NCBI GenBank assembly: GCA_963666365.2
Contig: CAXXNF010000002.1
Location: 352,001 to 416,000 of the forward strand
Length of the DNA stretch: 64,000 nt
Reading direction: 5' to 3'
Source: Syntrophales bacterium
GTDB taxonomy: Bacteria; Desulfobacterota; Syntrophia; Syntrophales; UBA2210
In this document: one piece after another, positions 27,999 through 40,508 of the stretch
Position numbering within the stretch: position 1 is the first letter of the stretch
How the letters are laid out: each line of letters opens with the position of its first letter
Position numbers and translations under genes: made by a program
The notes under the pieces: generated by a model
Database searches by the model: none
The model's input: only the letters and a program-made list of their open reading frames with translations
Told to the model about the DNA's origin: nothing

Positions 27999-29474
27999 AT
28001 GTTAAGAACCAAGGAGCAGTACATTGAAGCACTGGGTAAGATGAAGAGGAACATTTACTTCGACGGCGAGAAGATCGACCGCGATGACGAACTGCAGATG
28101 CCGTGCATCGACGTTATCGGTACCACCTACGATGAGGCACAGAGTTCCGATCCGAAGGTGCAGGAGTTGATGCTGGCGAAGTCCCATCTGACGGGAGAAA
28201 CGATCAACCGCTTCACCCACATTCATCAGAACCCGGAAGATCTGCACAAGAAACAGGACATGACCCGGTATCTGAGCCGGCAGGTAGGTGGATGCATCCA
28301 GCGGTGCATGGGCATCGACGGAACGAACGCCATCTATAACGTGAGCTACGAGGCGGACAAGCAGAACAACGGCGCCACGGAATATCACGCCAATTTCAAG
28401 AAGTGGCTGGAGCGGTTCCAGACGGAAGACCTGATCGGCTGCTGCGCCCAGACCGACGTGAAGGGCGATCGTATGAAACGGCCCCACGAGCAGGTCGATC
28501 CCGACATGTACGTGCGGATCAAGGAAAAGAGGAGCGACGGCATCGTCGTATCGGGTTGTAAGGTGCACATTTCCGAAGCCTCGGTAGCCGACGAGGTGCT
28601 GGTGGTGCCCACCCGCGCCCTGGGTCCCAAGGACAAGGACTACGCCGTATCCTTCGCCATTCCCGGCGACTGGGAAGGCTTGAAGCAGGTGGTGACCATC
28701 CACAACCTGCGCGAGCGGAAGCATTTCCCCCGCGGCTTCATGCCCGGCGCCACCGATTCCTACATGATTTTCGATGACTGCTTTGTACCCTGGGAGCGGG
28801 TGTTCCTCTGTGGCGAATACATGCACGGCGGCGCCCTGGCGCTTCTCTTTGCGCTCTTCCATCGTCACAGCTACTCGGGCTGCAAGCCGGCCATCGGCGA
28901 CGTGCTTCTGGGGACGGCGGCGCTGGCAGCGGAGATGAACGGCATCGAGAAGGCCGGTCATGTGCGTGAGAAACTGGCGGAGATCATTCTGGTAACGGAA
29001 CTGGGCTATGCGGCGGGCTACACCGCCTCCGATCTTGGCAAGCCCGAGATCTACATGCCCGGCGTGGGTTTCATTCCCTACGGTCCGGGAAGCTTCATTC
29101 CCAATTCCATCTACTGCAACGTGGGCCGCTGTCTGACGGGCGAGGCCGTGTACCGAGAGCAGGAGATTCTCTGCGACATCTCCGGCGGCGTCACCGCCAC
29201 CTTCCCCCACGAGAAGGACTTCGTCAATCCCGAGACAAAGGAGCTCCTCGAGAAGTACGTCATGAGAAATCCCAAAATATCGGCGGAGAACATTGCCCAG
29301 TTCTGGCGTTACCTGGGCGACGGTCTCTGCTCAGCCACGGGTGGAATCATGAATGTAGGCAACTATCACGGCGGCGGATCGCCGGTTATGGAGCAGATCG
29401 CCATTACCACGCAGTACGACATCGAAGAGAGAAAAGATCTGGTCCGAAGAATCGCCGGTATGACGAAGGACTAA
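27999..29474 (+). CDS. 4-hydroxybutyryl-CoA dehydratase (AbfD)-like FAD/[4Fe-4S] protein of the HpaB family
   Basis: CIQRC and HRHSYSGCK match the Cys3-His cluster ligands. Also TDVKGDR and HGGGSP motifs; RBS AAGGAGG. Confidence 0.85.
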   Translation: MLRTKEQYIEALGKMKRNIYFDGEKIDRDDELQMPCIDVIGTTYDEAQSSDPKVQELMLAKSHLTGETINRFTHIHQNPEDLHKKQDMTRYLSRQVGGCIQRCMGIDGTNAIYNVSYEADKQNNGATEYHANFKKWLERFQTEDLIGCCAQTDVKGDRMKRPHEQVDPDMYVRIKEKRSDGIVVSGCKVHISEASVADEVLVVPTRALGPKDKDYAVSFAIPGDWEGLKQVVTIHNLRERKHFPRGFMPGATDSYMIFDDCFVPWERVFLCGEYMHGGALALLFALFHRHSYSGCKPAIGDVLLGTAALAAEMNGIEKAGHVREKLAEIILVTELGYAAGYTASDLGKPEIYMPGVGFIPYGPGSFIPNSIYCNVGRCLTGEAVYREQEILCDISGGVTATFPHEKDFVNPETKELLEKYVMRNPKISAENIAQFWRYLGDGLCSATGGIMNVGNYHGGGSPVMEQIAITTQYDIEERKDLVRRIAGMTKD

Positions 29475-29526
29475 ACGCATAGACGCAGGCGGATATCGCC
29501 AACTGGAGCGTATCGGTGCGGATTTT

Positions 29527-29560
29527 GAGGGCAGTGCTGTGCAGGCTGCCCTCTTTTCTT
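29527..29560 (+). terminator. Intrinsic terminator
   Basis: GAGGGCAG...CTGCCCTC-TTTTCTT. Confidence 0.7.
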
Positions 29561-29644
29561 GTCAACGGGAAAGAAATGGTTTATTGTTCCTCTCACATTG
29601 AGAGTGGCTGAAACGATCAAACACCAAGAAGGGAGATAATAAGA

Positions 29645-30457
29645 ATGGCAGATCTATCACGTTTTTCTCTTGAAGGAAAAGTAGCTGTTGTAACCGGTGG
29701 AAGCCGGGGAATCGGTCGGGCGATTGCCCTTGGAATGGCACAGGCAGGCGCCGATGTGGTCGTGACAAGCAGAAAGTTGCCTGACCTTGAGGCGGTAGCG
29801 GAAGAGGTAAGAAAACTGGGGAAAAAGGCCATGCCGATTGCCGCCCATATCGGCAAAATGGACAGTATTCAAATGCTTGTCGATGCGGTGATGAAAGAGT
29901 TCGGAAGGATTGACATTCTGGTCAACAATGCCGGCTGCACGCCCGCCATGGGCTCGATATTCACGAATGAGGAGCGTCTCTGGGATACGATAATGAATCT
30001 CAATCTCAAGGGACTGTATTTTCTGAGCCAGGCTGCGGCCAGAGTCATGAAGGAACAGGGCGGCGGCGCCATAGTCAATGTGGCCTCAATGGACGGATAT
30101 AAGCCGGAGCCCTACGTGGGGATATATTCGATTTCGAAGGCGGCGGTAATCATGGCAACGAAATCCATGGCGCTGGAGCTTGCGCCCTACAACATACGGG
30201 CAAACGCCATTGCACCGGGCGCGGTGAGCACGAAAATGCTCGATTCTCACTGGTTTCACCTGCCGGAAGAGCAGGCGAAGGCCGAAAAGGAGGCAGTGGC
30301 AAAGATAGTGCCAATCGGAAGGATTGCCGATCCCGACGAAATGGTGGGAGCGGTCATTTATCTGGCCTCAGACGCGGCGAGTTATACCACGGGAGAGACA
30401 ATTCTTCTCGACGGCGGCGCGACGCTCGCATCGCAGGAAATTATAAGCGAAAGATAA
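29645..30457 (+). CDS. Short-chain dehydrogenase/reductase
   Basis: TGGSRGIG, NNAG, YSISK and NAIAPG motifs. Confidence 0.93.
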   Translation: MADLSRFSLEGKVAVVTGGSRGIGRAIALGMAQAGADVVVTSRKLPDLEAVAEEVRKLGKKAMPIAAHIGKMDSIQMLVDAVMKEFGRIDILVNNAGCTPAMGSIFTNEERLWDTIMNLNLKGLYFLSQAAARVMKEQGGGAIVNVASMDGYKPEPYVGIYSISKAAVIMATKSMALELAPYNIRANAIAPGAVSTKMLDSHWFHLPEEQAKAEKEAVAKIVPIGRIADPDEMVGAVIYLASDAASYTTGETILLDGGATLASQEIISER

Positions 30458-30477
30458 AGGCCTATCAATTCACTAGG

Positions 30478-30508
30478 AACCCCGCCGATAAAAAAGGCGG
30501 GGTTTTTT
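30478..30508 (+). terminator. Intrinsic terminator
   Basis: AACCCCGCC...GGCGGGGTT-TTTT. Confidence 0.8.
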
Positions 30509-30543
30509 ATGGTACGATGGTACCGTACCCTTTAATTGGTTTA

Positions 30544-30816
30544 TTAGTAACGTATAGTAAATGATGAAAAATCCCCTACGAAAGGTTCTTCGTTGACGTC
30601 GACGCAGGAGACGGAAGAGAAAGGAGGACCCTCTTTACACCACTCGATCATACGTTCAATAGAATCGGAAGAACCCTCAAAGACGGCTTCCACACGTCCG
30701 TCACGAAGGTTCCTCACCCACCCGAAGAGCCGAAGTTGATCGGCTGCTTCCTTTGTACGTGCGCGGAAAAAAACCCCCTGCACCCTTCCTGTTATAAAAA
30801 GATGCACCCTTTGCAT
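30544..30816 (-). CDS. acyP: Acylphosphatase
   Basis: GRVQGVFFR and GWVRN..DG.VE motifs. Confidence 0.93.
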   Translation of the reverse strand: MQRVHLFITGRVQGVFFRARTKEAADQLRLFGWVRNLRDGRVEAVFEGSSDSIERMIEWCKEGPPFSSVSCVDVNEEPFVGDFSSFTIRY

Positions 30817-30828
30817 GTCATATACCTT

Positions 30829-33116
<2,288 letters not shown>

Positions 33117-33399
33117 TCCCACGCTCCTGGTCAATCCATTTCGGGTGCATACCCAATGATCAGTACCCTAACCAGAGAGGCACCAAATGTCAAATCAAAT
33201 AATATCGCACAAATAAACCTTGTGTTTTTCACTCTTCACGCTATAATTACTCGCCTGTGAGCCGGTAAAACAGCGATTATTGGTGATACTCTTGTATTCA
33301 ACCCGGGATCTGCCACAGACCGACGCTTCAGCACGTGTACTTCCATAGGATTTCTCGAAAAAAAGGCTTGAACCACACTTCACGAAACGCGGGTATGTA

Positions 33400-33867
33400 A
33401 TGAAAACAATTATATCGCCAGGAAGAATCAAATATATCAGAGAAGAGAAACAGGCGGCGGGCTGCGTGTTATGTACGGAATCCGCAAGAGATGCCGATCT
33501 TGTGTTGTACGAAGGTACGACATGCTATGCCATCATGAATAAATATCCCTACACATCAGGGCATATTATGATCGTTCCCTACCGTCACCTGGGCGAGTTT
33601 GCCGGTTTATCTCAGGACGAAAAGCTCGAACTGATGGATCTTGCAGATAAAGCGGTAGAGGCCCTGCAAAAGGCATTCACCCCGGAAGGGTTCAATATAG
33701 GAATGAACCTTGGAAAGGCGGCAGGCGCCGGCCTGGATCAACACCTTCATCTTCATGTAGTGCCGCGGTGGGCAGGTGATACTAATTATATTACGGTGTT
33801 GGGTGATGCACGCATTATTCCGGAAGAGATAGAAAAAACGAGAGACATATTACTGAAATATTTTTGA
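33400..33867 (+). CDS. HIT family nucleotide hydrolase
   Basis: NKYPY.SGH, GFNIG.N.G..AGAG and HLHLHVVPRW motifs. Confidence 0.93.
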   Translation: MKTIISPGRIKYIREEKQAAGCVLCTESARDADLVLYEGTTCYAIMNKYPYTSGHIMIVPYRHLGEFAGLSQDEKLELMDLADKAVEALQKAFTPEGFNIGMNLGKAAGAGLDQHLHLHVVPRWAGDTNYITVLGDARIIPEEIEKTRDILLKYF

Positions 33868-33883
33868 GAGAGGGGAAAGTGCC

Positions 33884-34225
33884 ATGAAGCTTCTGTCTAC
33901 AATCATAATCACGTTGGTTTTGTTGTTTGTGATTTCCTTTTCGCTGTCAAACACGGAGTTGGTTCACCTGACCTATTATGACCTGATTGATGTGAGTTCG
34001 CCATCCTACCTCCTTATTTTTGTCTGTTTCGGAGTAGGGGTGATATTTGCGGGTCTCTTCGGCATTGTGGAGCGATGGAGACTGGCACGGAAGGTGGCGA
34101 AACTCGAAAAACATATAGGGGATCTGAAAAAGAAAATTTCCGAAAATGAGGAAGATGAATCCCCGATTTCCGTTGTGGCGCCACTTCCGGAAGATGCAAT
34201 CAATGAAGTTTCTGACCGATCGTAA
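33884..34225 (+). CDS. LapA (DUF1049) family membrane protein
   Basis: TM-F...N...V-TM followed by a coiled coil. Confidence 0.8.
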   Translation: MKLLSTIIITLVLLFVISFSLSNTELVHLTYYDLIDVSSPSYLLIFVCFGVGVIFAGLFGIVERWRLARKVAKLEKHIGDLKKKISENEEDESPISVVAPLPEDAINEVSDRS

Positions 34226-34670
34226 TCTCGGAAAACTTGCAAAATGGTTGAGAATACTGGGGTACGACACTGTGTGCCACCAGGGAGATATCGACAGGAC
34301 GTTTTTGGAGAGAGGGCGCGCAGAAGGCAGAGTAGTGCTCTCCAGGCGTCGCGATCTTGTAAAAAGAAATTACCGGGGGCGGATGGCAATTATCTATGCC
34401 GACACTGTCGCAGATCAGATTGATGAAATTATCGACACACTTGGAGTGCACCCCGACCCGACGCTCTATTTTACTCGATGCCTCAGATGCAACGCGAAGC
34501 TCTCTGAAGTTCCGAAAGCAGAGATTGAATGTTCCGTTCCCCCCTATATACATGATACGCAGGAGCGGTTTTTCCTCTGCCCGGAGTGTAAGGCGGTGTT
34601 CTGGGCGGGAACCCACAGGGACAATATGCTCAAAACCCTCACTGAGCACAATCTGACGGATCCCCTTTAA
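34203..34670 (+). CDS. Mut7-C RNase domain protein
   Basis: MKFLTD..LGKLAKWLRILGYD, RCLRCN and CPEC..VFW.GTH motifs. Confidence 0.9.
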   Translation: MKFLTDRNLGKLAKWLRILGYDTVCHQGDIDRTFLERGRAEGRVVLSRRRDLVKRNYRGRMAIIYADTVADQIDEIIDTLGVHPDPTLYFTRCLRCNAKLSEVPKAEIECSVPPYIHDTQERFFLCPECKAVFWAGTHRDNMLKTLTEHNLTDPL

Positions 34671-35127
34671 CCTTTTCAACGGCGTGCACAAGAGCGGGCA
34701 GCAGGATTGCCAGATTTTCCCTTGCGCCTCGCGGACTTCCCGGCAGATTGATGATAATCGATTCTTTCCTGATCCCGACAACCGCCCTGGAAATCATTGC
34801 GTGCGGTGTTTTTTTCTGGCTTTCCCTTCGCATGACCTCGGCCATGCCTGGTATTTCCTTGTCAAGAACCTCAATCGTCGCATCAGGTGTCACGTCGCGG
34901 GGGCTGACTCCTGTTCCGCCGGTGGTAATTACGAGGTCAAGCCTCTTTACATCAACAAATTCGATAATGGCCGCAGTGATATCCCGCTTTTCATCGGGAA
35001 CAATGCAATAGGCATGGACTTTGGCAGGAAGTGCAGAAAGAACGGCAGTCACTTCTTTACCGCTGATATCTTCTCTTTCCCCCCTGGCGCCGCGATCACT
35101 CACCGTAATCACGCCGGCAGAAATCAC
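34639..35127 (-). CDS. mogA: Molybdopterin adenylyltransferase MogA/MoaB
   Basis: TVSDR, TTGGTG.SPRDVTP and NLPGSP motifs. Confidence 0.92.
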   Translation of the reverse strand: MISAGVITVSDRGARGEREDISGKEVTAVLSALPAKVHAYCIVPDEKRDITAAIIEFVDVKRLDLVITTGGTGVSPRDVTPDATIEVLDKEIPGMAEVMRRESQKKTPHAMISRAVVGIRKESIIINLPGSPRGARENLAILLPALVHAVEKVKGDPSDCAQ

Positions 35128-35129
35128 CG

Positions 35130-37214
35130 TTAGGAGTCCTCCTTTTCTTTCTTTGCCTCGGCAATCACCTTTTCCTGAATGTGGGCGGGAACTTCTTCAT
35201 AATGGGAAAATGCATAGGAGAATGAACCTCGACCGCTTGTGATTGAGGTGAGATCGGGGGCATAGGTCAGAATCTCCGCAAGGGGAACCTGACCCTTTAC
35301 CACCTGGTTGGGGCCATTTTTATCCATTCCAAGCACCCGGCCGCGACGACTGTTTAAATCTCCGATCACATCGCCCATATATTCGTCCGGTATCTCTATG
35401 TCGATATCCATGATCGGTTCGAGGAGTGTCGGCTGGCATTGATCGAACCCTTTTTTAAATCCCATAGAGCCTGCGATCTTGAAGGCCATTTCCGAAGAGT
35501 CAACAGTGTGATAGGACCCGTCCACAAGGCGCACCCGCACATCGACCACGGGATAGCCTGCCAGGATTCCGTCAACCATTGCCTCAACGATGCCCTTTTC
35601 GACGGCGGGTATATAGGTCTTGGGGATAACGCCGCCCACGATTGCATCCACGAATTCAAAGCCTTCACCGCGGGGAAGCGGTTCAATCTCAAGCCACGAA
35701 TCGCCGTACTGGCCGCGGCCGCCGGACTGCTTTTTATATTTGCCCTGAACGCGTGTTTTCCCCTTGATGGTTTCCTTATAGGGGACCTTGGGCTGTTTCA
35801 ATGAAACGTCAACGCCGAATTTTCTCTTCAATTTTTCAAGAGTCACATCGATATGCACCTGGCCCATGCCCGAAAGAATCATTTCTCTTGTCTCGTCGTT
35901 TCGGCGCAGTGTAAGCGTGGCGTCTTCTTCGATCAACCGGTTGAGTGAAGAGAATATTTTTTCTTCATCCCCTTTTGACTTGGGGAAGACGGCGAAGGAG
36001 GTTACCGGATTGACTGTCGACACCTTTTCATAAATTATGGGTGCCTTTTCATCGCAAATAGTATCGCCGGTCGATGTTTCTTTCAGTTTGGCCAGCGCCG
36101 CAATATCGCCAGGCACAAGTGATTCCGCAGGTTTTTGGTTTTTCCCTTCCAGATATGAAATGGCGCCGCATTTTTCCGAGAGCTGCTGTGAACTGTTGTA
36201 AAAGGTGAAATCGGCCTTTAATGTCCCTGAATAGACTCTGAAGAGAGTCAGTTTTCCTGCATAGGGATCAGCAATCGTTTTGAACACCATTGCCGAGAAA
36301 GGTTCCGATTCTTCGGGGTTGCGGATCTCTTCTTCTCCCGTTTTGGGGTTTATGCCTTTCACGGGACCCCGGTCGACCGGTGAGGGGAGATAACCGGTAA
36401 TCATATTCATCACGGTGGTGGGACCGATGTTTTTTAGGGCGGAACCGCAGGTGGCGGGAATCAAGTCGCCTGCCATAACCCCCTTGCGCAGACCCGATTT
36501 CAGATCCTCCGCCGAGAGCTCTCCTTCTTCAAGATAACGTTCCATCAACATTTCGTCGCATTCAGCGATGTCTTCCATCATCGCTTCACGATATTCCGAC
36601 GCTATTTCCGCTATATCGGCGGGGATCTCTTCACGTCTGACTTTGCCCTTCGGATCTTCAAAAAGCAATGCTTTCATTTCAATGAGATCGACCAGGCCTT
36701 TAAAAGCATCTTCCTGACCGATGGGAATATACAAGGGCGTTACTTTTTTGCCGAGACGCGCTTTAATGCTTTCGAGTGCAGCCAGGTAATTTGAACGCTC
36801 TCTGTCTATCTTATTGACATAAATGAATCTGGGCAGTTCAAGATCTTCCGCATAGGACCATACCTTTTCGGTTTGAAATTCGACGCCACCTACGGAATCG
36901 ACAACTATAATCGCGGCATCAACGACTCGAAGACAGTTTTTTGTATCCATGGCAAAGTTGCCGTCACCGGGCGTATCAATGAAATTCACTCTGTGTTTGT
37001 TCCATTCGAAATTGCTGACAGCGGAACTGATCGATATATGCCGCTTGTGCTCCTCGGGCTCAAAATCGAGACTTGATGATCCCTCATCGACTCTCCCTAT
37101 TTTGTCGGTCTTGCCGCTGATAAAAAGAAAAGATTCACAAAGGGTGGTCTTGCCTGTGCCACCATGACCGACAATCGCGATATTCCTTAAAGAGTGTGAG
37201 TCGTGTTTTGCCAT
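35130..37214 (-). CDS. fusA: Elongation factor G paralogue (EF-G2 type)
   Basis: GHGGTGKTT, DTPG, NKID, KKQSGGRGQYG and DGSYHTVDSSEMAF motifs. Lies outside the str operon. Confidence 0.93.
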   Translation of the reverse strand: MAKHDSHSLRNIAIVGHGGTGKTTLCESFLFISGKTDKIGRVDEGSSSLDFEPEEHKRHISISSAVSNFEWNKHRVNFIDTPGDGNFAMDTKNCLRVVDAAIIVVDSVGGVEFQTEKVWSYAEDLELPRFIYVNKIDRERSNYLAALESIKARLGKKVTPLYIPIGQEDAFKGLVDLIEMKALLFEDPKGKVRREEIPADIAEIASEYREAMMEDIAECDEMLMERYLEEGELSAEDLKSGLRKGVMAGDLIPATCGSALKNIGPTTVMNMITGYLPSPVDRGPVKGINPKTGEEEIRNPEESEPFSAMVFKTIADPYAGKLTLFRVYSGTLKADFTFYNSSQQLSEKCGAISYLEGKNQKPAESLVPGDIAALAKLKETSTGDTICDEKAPIIYEKVSTVNPVTSFAVFPKSKGDEEKIFSSLNRLIEEDATLTLRRNDETREMILSGMGQVHIDVTLEKLKRKFGVDVSLKQPKVPYKETIKGKTRVQGKYKKQSGGRGQYGDSWLEIEPLPRGEGFEFVDAIVGGVIPKTYIPAVEKGIVEAMVDGILAGYPVVDVRVRLVDGSYHTVDSSEMAFKIAGSMGFKKGFDQCQPTLLEPIMDIDIEIPDEYMGDVIGDLNSRRGRVLGMDKNGPNQVVKGQVPLAEILTYAPDLTSITSGRGSFSYAFSHYEEVPAHIQEKVIAEAKKEKEDS

Positions 37215-37382
37215 GAGAGTTCCTTTCTTTCTTGAACGATACTGATGTGAGTGTGGTTGTTTAGCGTATTTGATCTTTCAAAGTCAAGATAAATTTATGT
37301 TTTAAGGGAACTATTTGACTATCCTAAAGAAATGTGATATATGACATTGTCCTTTTAAAAACGCATGAGGTGTGACAGGAAG

Positions 37383-37865
37383 ATGTTTAAAATTGGAGAT
37401 ATGGCTGTCTATCCGGCGCAAGGCGTCGGGATTATAGAGGCCATTGAAACACGAGAGATCATGGGCAATGAGCAGTCCTTCTACGTGATAAAGATACTCG
37501 GCAACAACGCAAAGATAATGATTCCAAAAACCGGCGCTCAATCGGTCGGTCTGCGCGAGGTGATTTCTGAAGAAGAGATTCCACGTGTCTACGAGATCCT
37601 GAGAGAAAGAAGAGCCATCGTAGATAAGCAGACATGGAATAAGCGGTATAAGGAATATTGGGAGAAAATCAAAACGGGATCAGTATATGAAATTGCGGAA
37701 GTGCTGAGGGATCTTTTGATGTTAAAGGTGGACAAGGATTTGTCCTTTGGCGAAAGAAAAATGATGGATATTGCAAAAAATCTTCTGGTTATGGAGATAT
37801 CCATTGCCAGGGACTGCAACGAGGAAATGGTCGAAAAAGATCTGAATCAAATATTTGCAATGTAG
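37383..37865 (+). CDS. carD: CarD family transcription factor
   Basis: FKIGD.AVYP..GVG, WNKRY and LSFGERKM motifs. Confidence 0.93.
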   Translation: MFKIGDMAVYPAQGVGIIEAIETREIMGNEQSFYVIKILGNNAKIMIPKTGAQSVGLREVISEEEIPRVYEILRERRAIVDKQTWNKRYKEYWEKIKTGSVYEIAEVLRDLLMLKVDKDLSFGERKMMDIAKNLLVMEISIARDCNEEMVEKDLNQIFAM

Positions 37866-38106
37866 TCCGCCGACAAGTTCAGCAATGCAGTTCTTTGACA
37901 TATGGGAGTGCTGATTGTTTCGCAACAACTTTCCGAGAAGTACTGCCGGCTGAATATGATTTGTGGGAGTCCTCTCCATTACTTGATCAGGCGCGAAATA
38001 TATCCTTGATTATCATATAAATTATACGATGCGCCGCTTCTGATGGATCATATTTTGCCGCTTTATGCGAAACCGCTGATCAATCACTACATAAAGAGGG
38101 GGGAAG

Positions 38107-39132
38107 ATGTCAAAATTCTTCATCAGATGTATCCTCGTGTGCGCCTGTTCTATTATTGGTTATTTCATCGTTTCGAGATATTATACATTCCCGATTTCAT
38201 TGATAGGATTACTTTCCGGGTTCCTCATTTCACTTATTGTGTTGAGGACGGAGCAGATCGCGAGAAATCTTTCTCTTCCTGTGATACTGGGGGGAGGTCT
38301 CGGAACGGTAATCGGTCTTGTACTTGCCTATCTCGCCACCCTCGGCCTGCGATATATGCCTGGTCTGGAAGATCAAACGATCGTTCCGTGGCCCTATCTA
38401 TTTGGGCTGCTTGCATTTATTCTAGGATACCTGGGCCTTCAACTAGGGGGGAAAAAGGGGGGAGAAACAACCTATGTCGGTGTTACCGCATCTCAAATAG
38501 ACGGCGAGGGAGAGGGCGGTAAAATATTGGATACGAGTGTCATCATTGACGGCAGAATGGCGGATATCTGTGATACCGGTTTTATAGAGGGAACCCTGAC
38601 CGTGCCGCGATTCGTGCTTGAAGAGCTTCAACTGATAGCCGATTCATCGGATTCAATGAAACGGTCTCGGGGGAGAAGGGGGCTGGATATCCTTAATAGA
38701 ATGCAAAAAAGCAACGGCATCAGGATCGACATAACCGACATGGACTTTCCAAAGTTAAAGGGGGTGGATGCGAAACTCGTTGCCCTGGCGAAAAAGCGGG
38801 GCGGCAAAATCATTACCAATGATTACAACCTCAATAAAGTGGCGGAGTTGCAGGGAATAAAAATTCTCAATGTCAATGAACTTGCCAATGCCTTGAAACC
38901 CTTGGTATTGCCGGGGGAAACGATGGTGGTGAAGGCAATTAAGGAGGGAAAGGAACCGGGACAGGGAGTGGCCTATCTTGATGACGGCACAATGGTCATA
39001 GTGGACAATGGTAACCGGTATCTGAGGCAGAATGTGGAAGTCGTTGTGACAAGCGTGTTGCAGACAACTGCAGGAAGAATGATTTTTTCCACGGTGAAAG
39101 AGAGTAATCACAACAACAAAAAGGGCGAGTAA
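38107..39132 (+). CDS. Membrane PIN/TRAM-domain protein (YacL-like)
   Basis: ILDTSVIIDGR, TNDYNLNKVA, QGVAYLDDGTM and QTTAGRMIF motifs. Confidence 0.93.
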   Translation: MSKFFIRCILVCACSIIGYFIVSRYYTFPISLIGLLSGFLISLIVLRTEQIARNLSLPVILGGGLGTVIGLVLAYLATLGLRYMPGLEDQTIVPWPYLFGLLAFILGYLGLQLGGKKGGETTYVGVTASQIDGEGEGGKILDTSVIIDGRMADICDTGFIEGTLTVPRFVLEELQLIADSSDSMKRSRGRRGLDILNRMQKSNGIRIDITDMDFPKLKGVDAKLVALAKKRGGKIITNDYNLNKVAELQGIKILNVNELANALKPLVLPGETMVVKAIKEGKEPGQGVAYLDDGTMVIVDNGNRYLRQNVEVVVTSVLQTTAGRMIFSTVKESNHNNKKGE

Positions 39133-39205
39133 TTCCAATCATAACAGAGCCATACAAGCCTGGAATATGCACTGTTATGACAAGTTTTATCTGTATGGGG
39201 AGACC

Positions 39206-39901
39206 ATGGCGGATGTAGTTGCGGTCGTTGTCGCCGGCGGCAGCGGAAAAAGAATGAAGGGAGACGTGGCGAAGCAGTTCCTTTCACTGGGGGATATGCC
39301 GATTCTGGCGAGGACGCTCCTGGCATTTGAAAAAAACACATCTGTAGATGCAATAATCATCACAGCGCCCGCTGGGGACAGGGAACGCGTACAAAGGGAT
39401 ATTGTCGATAAATACGCCATTTCGAAGGTGCGCCATGTGACTCCCGGCGGGCCGATGAGGCAGGATTCGGTAAGGAACGGGCTTGTGGCAGTTGATGAGA
39501 AAACCGACATAGTCATTGTGCATGATGGGGTAAGGCCCTTTGTTTCGGACGTCCTGATAGCAGAAACCGTTGATGCGGCGCGCGTCTACGGCGCGGCCCT
39601 GGCCGCGGTTCCCGTAACCGATACCATAAAGCGGAGAGACGGCGAAGGATTCGTGGCGGAGACTTTGCACAGAGAGGAGCTTCTGGCGGTGCAGACCCCT
39701 CAGGCATTCCAATGGCCCATACTGAAAAAGGCTTATGAAAGGGCCTATGATGATGCATTTTACGGGACCGACGATGCTATGCTGGTTGAGCGGCTGGGCG
39801 TGAAGATAAAGATCGTCGGAGGCTTCTACGACAACATAAAAATAACGACAAGAGAGGATCTCCGGCGCGGCGAGCTGATATTGAGTCGCAGACACGGCTA
39901 G
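39206..39901 (+). CDS. ispD: 2-C-methyl-D-erythritol 4-phosphate cytidylyltransferase
   Basis: AGGSGKRM..KQF, RQDSV, HDGVRP, QTPQ and TDD motifs. Confidence 0.95.
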   Translation: MADVVAVVVAGGSGKRMKGDVAKQFLSLGDMPILARTLLAFEKNTSVDAIIITAPAGDRERVQRDIVDKYAISKVRHVTPGGPMRQDSVRNGLVAVDEKTDIVIVHDGVRPFVSDVLIAETVDAARVYGAALAAVPVTDTIKRRDGEGFVAETLHREELLAVQTPQAFQWPILKKAYERAYDDAFYGTDDAMLVERLGVKIKIVGGFYDNIKITTREDLRRGELILSRRHG

Positions 39902-39927
39902 TCGCAAAGGATGGAAGACAGGCGCAC

Positions 39928-40422
39928 ATGGAGTCTTCAGGATTACTGCGGGTGGGGTTCGGGTACGACAGTCACAGGTTTGTCGAAGGGAGAAAATTAT
40001 TTCTGGGGGGGGTTGAAATTCCCCATGAGAAGGGACTCCTGGGACATTCCGATGCGGATGTGGTGCTGCACGCGATAGGGGACGCACTGCTCGGCGCCGC
40101 CAGCGCAGGCGACCTGGGGGTGCATTTCCCCGACAATGACCCGCTGTATAAAGACATCTCAAGCAGGATGCTGGTTTTAAAAATAATGGAGCTCTTTGCG
40201 GCAGGCAACTACAGGGTCAACAATGTCGATGCGACGATTGTCTGTGAGCGTCCCCGTTTGCGTGAATACATCGACGCCATGGAAGAGGCCATAGCGGGCA
40301 TGCTTGGGGTAGGCAAGGATCGAATCAACGTCAAAGCAACGACAAATGAAGGCATGGGATCGATCGGTCGAGGTGAAGGTGTTGCCGCGTACGCCGTTGC
40401 GACAATAGTGATCCTTCGATAA
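39928..40422 (+). CDS. ispF: 2-C-methyl-D-erythritol 2,4-cyclodiphosphate synthase
   Basis: GYDSH, GHSDADV..HA..DA and VKATTNE motifs. Confidence 0.96.
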   Translation: MESSGLLRVGFGYDSHRFVEGRKLFLGGVEIPHEKGLLGHSDADVVLHAIGDALLGAASAGDLGVHFPDNDPLYKDISSRMLVLKIMELFAAGNYRVNNVDATIVCERPRLREYIDAMEEAIAGMLGVGKDRINVKATTNEGMGSIGRGEGVAAYAVATIVILR

Positions 40423-40508
40423 AGGCCACTTATGGCTTGACCGAAAGACGAAGCTCATATATAGGTCGAAGGCACAGTGCTCATGCACTAGAAAAAGAGG
40501 TGCAGAAG

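Noticed and set aside
28002..29210. 402-aa antisense ORF
   Set aside because: Shadow of the strong codon bias in the AbfD-like gene; no recognisable motifs.
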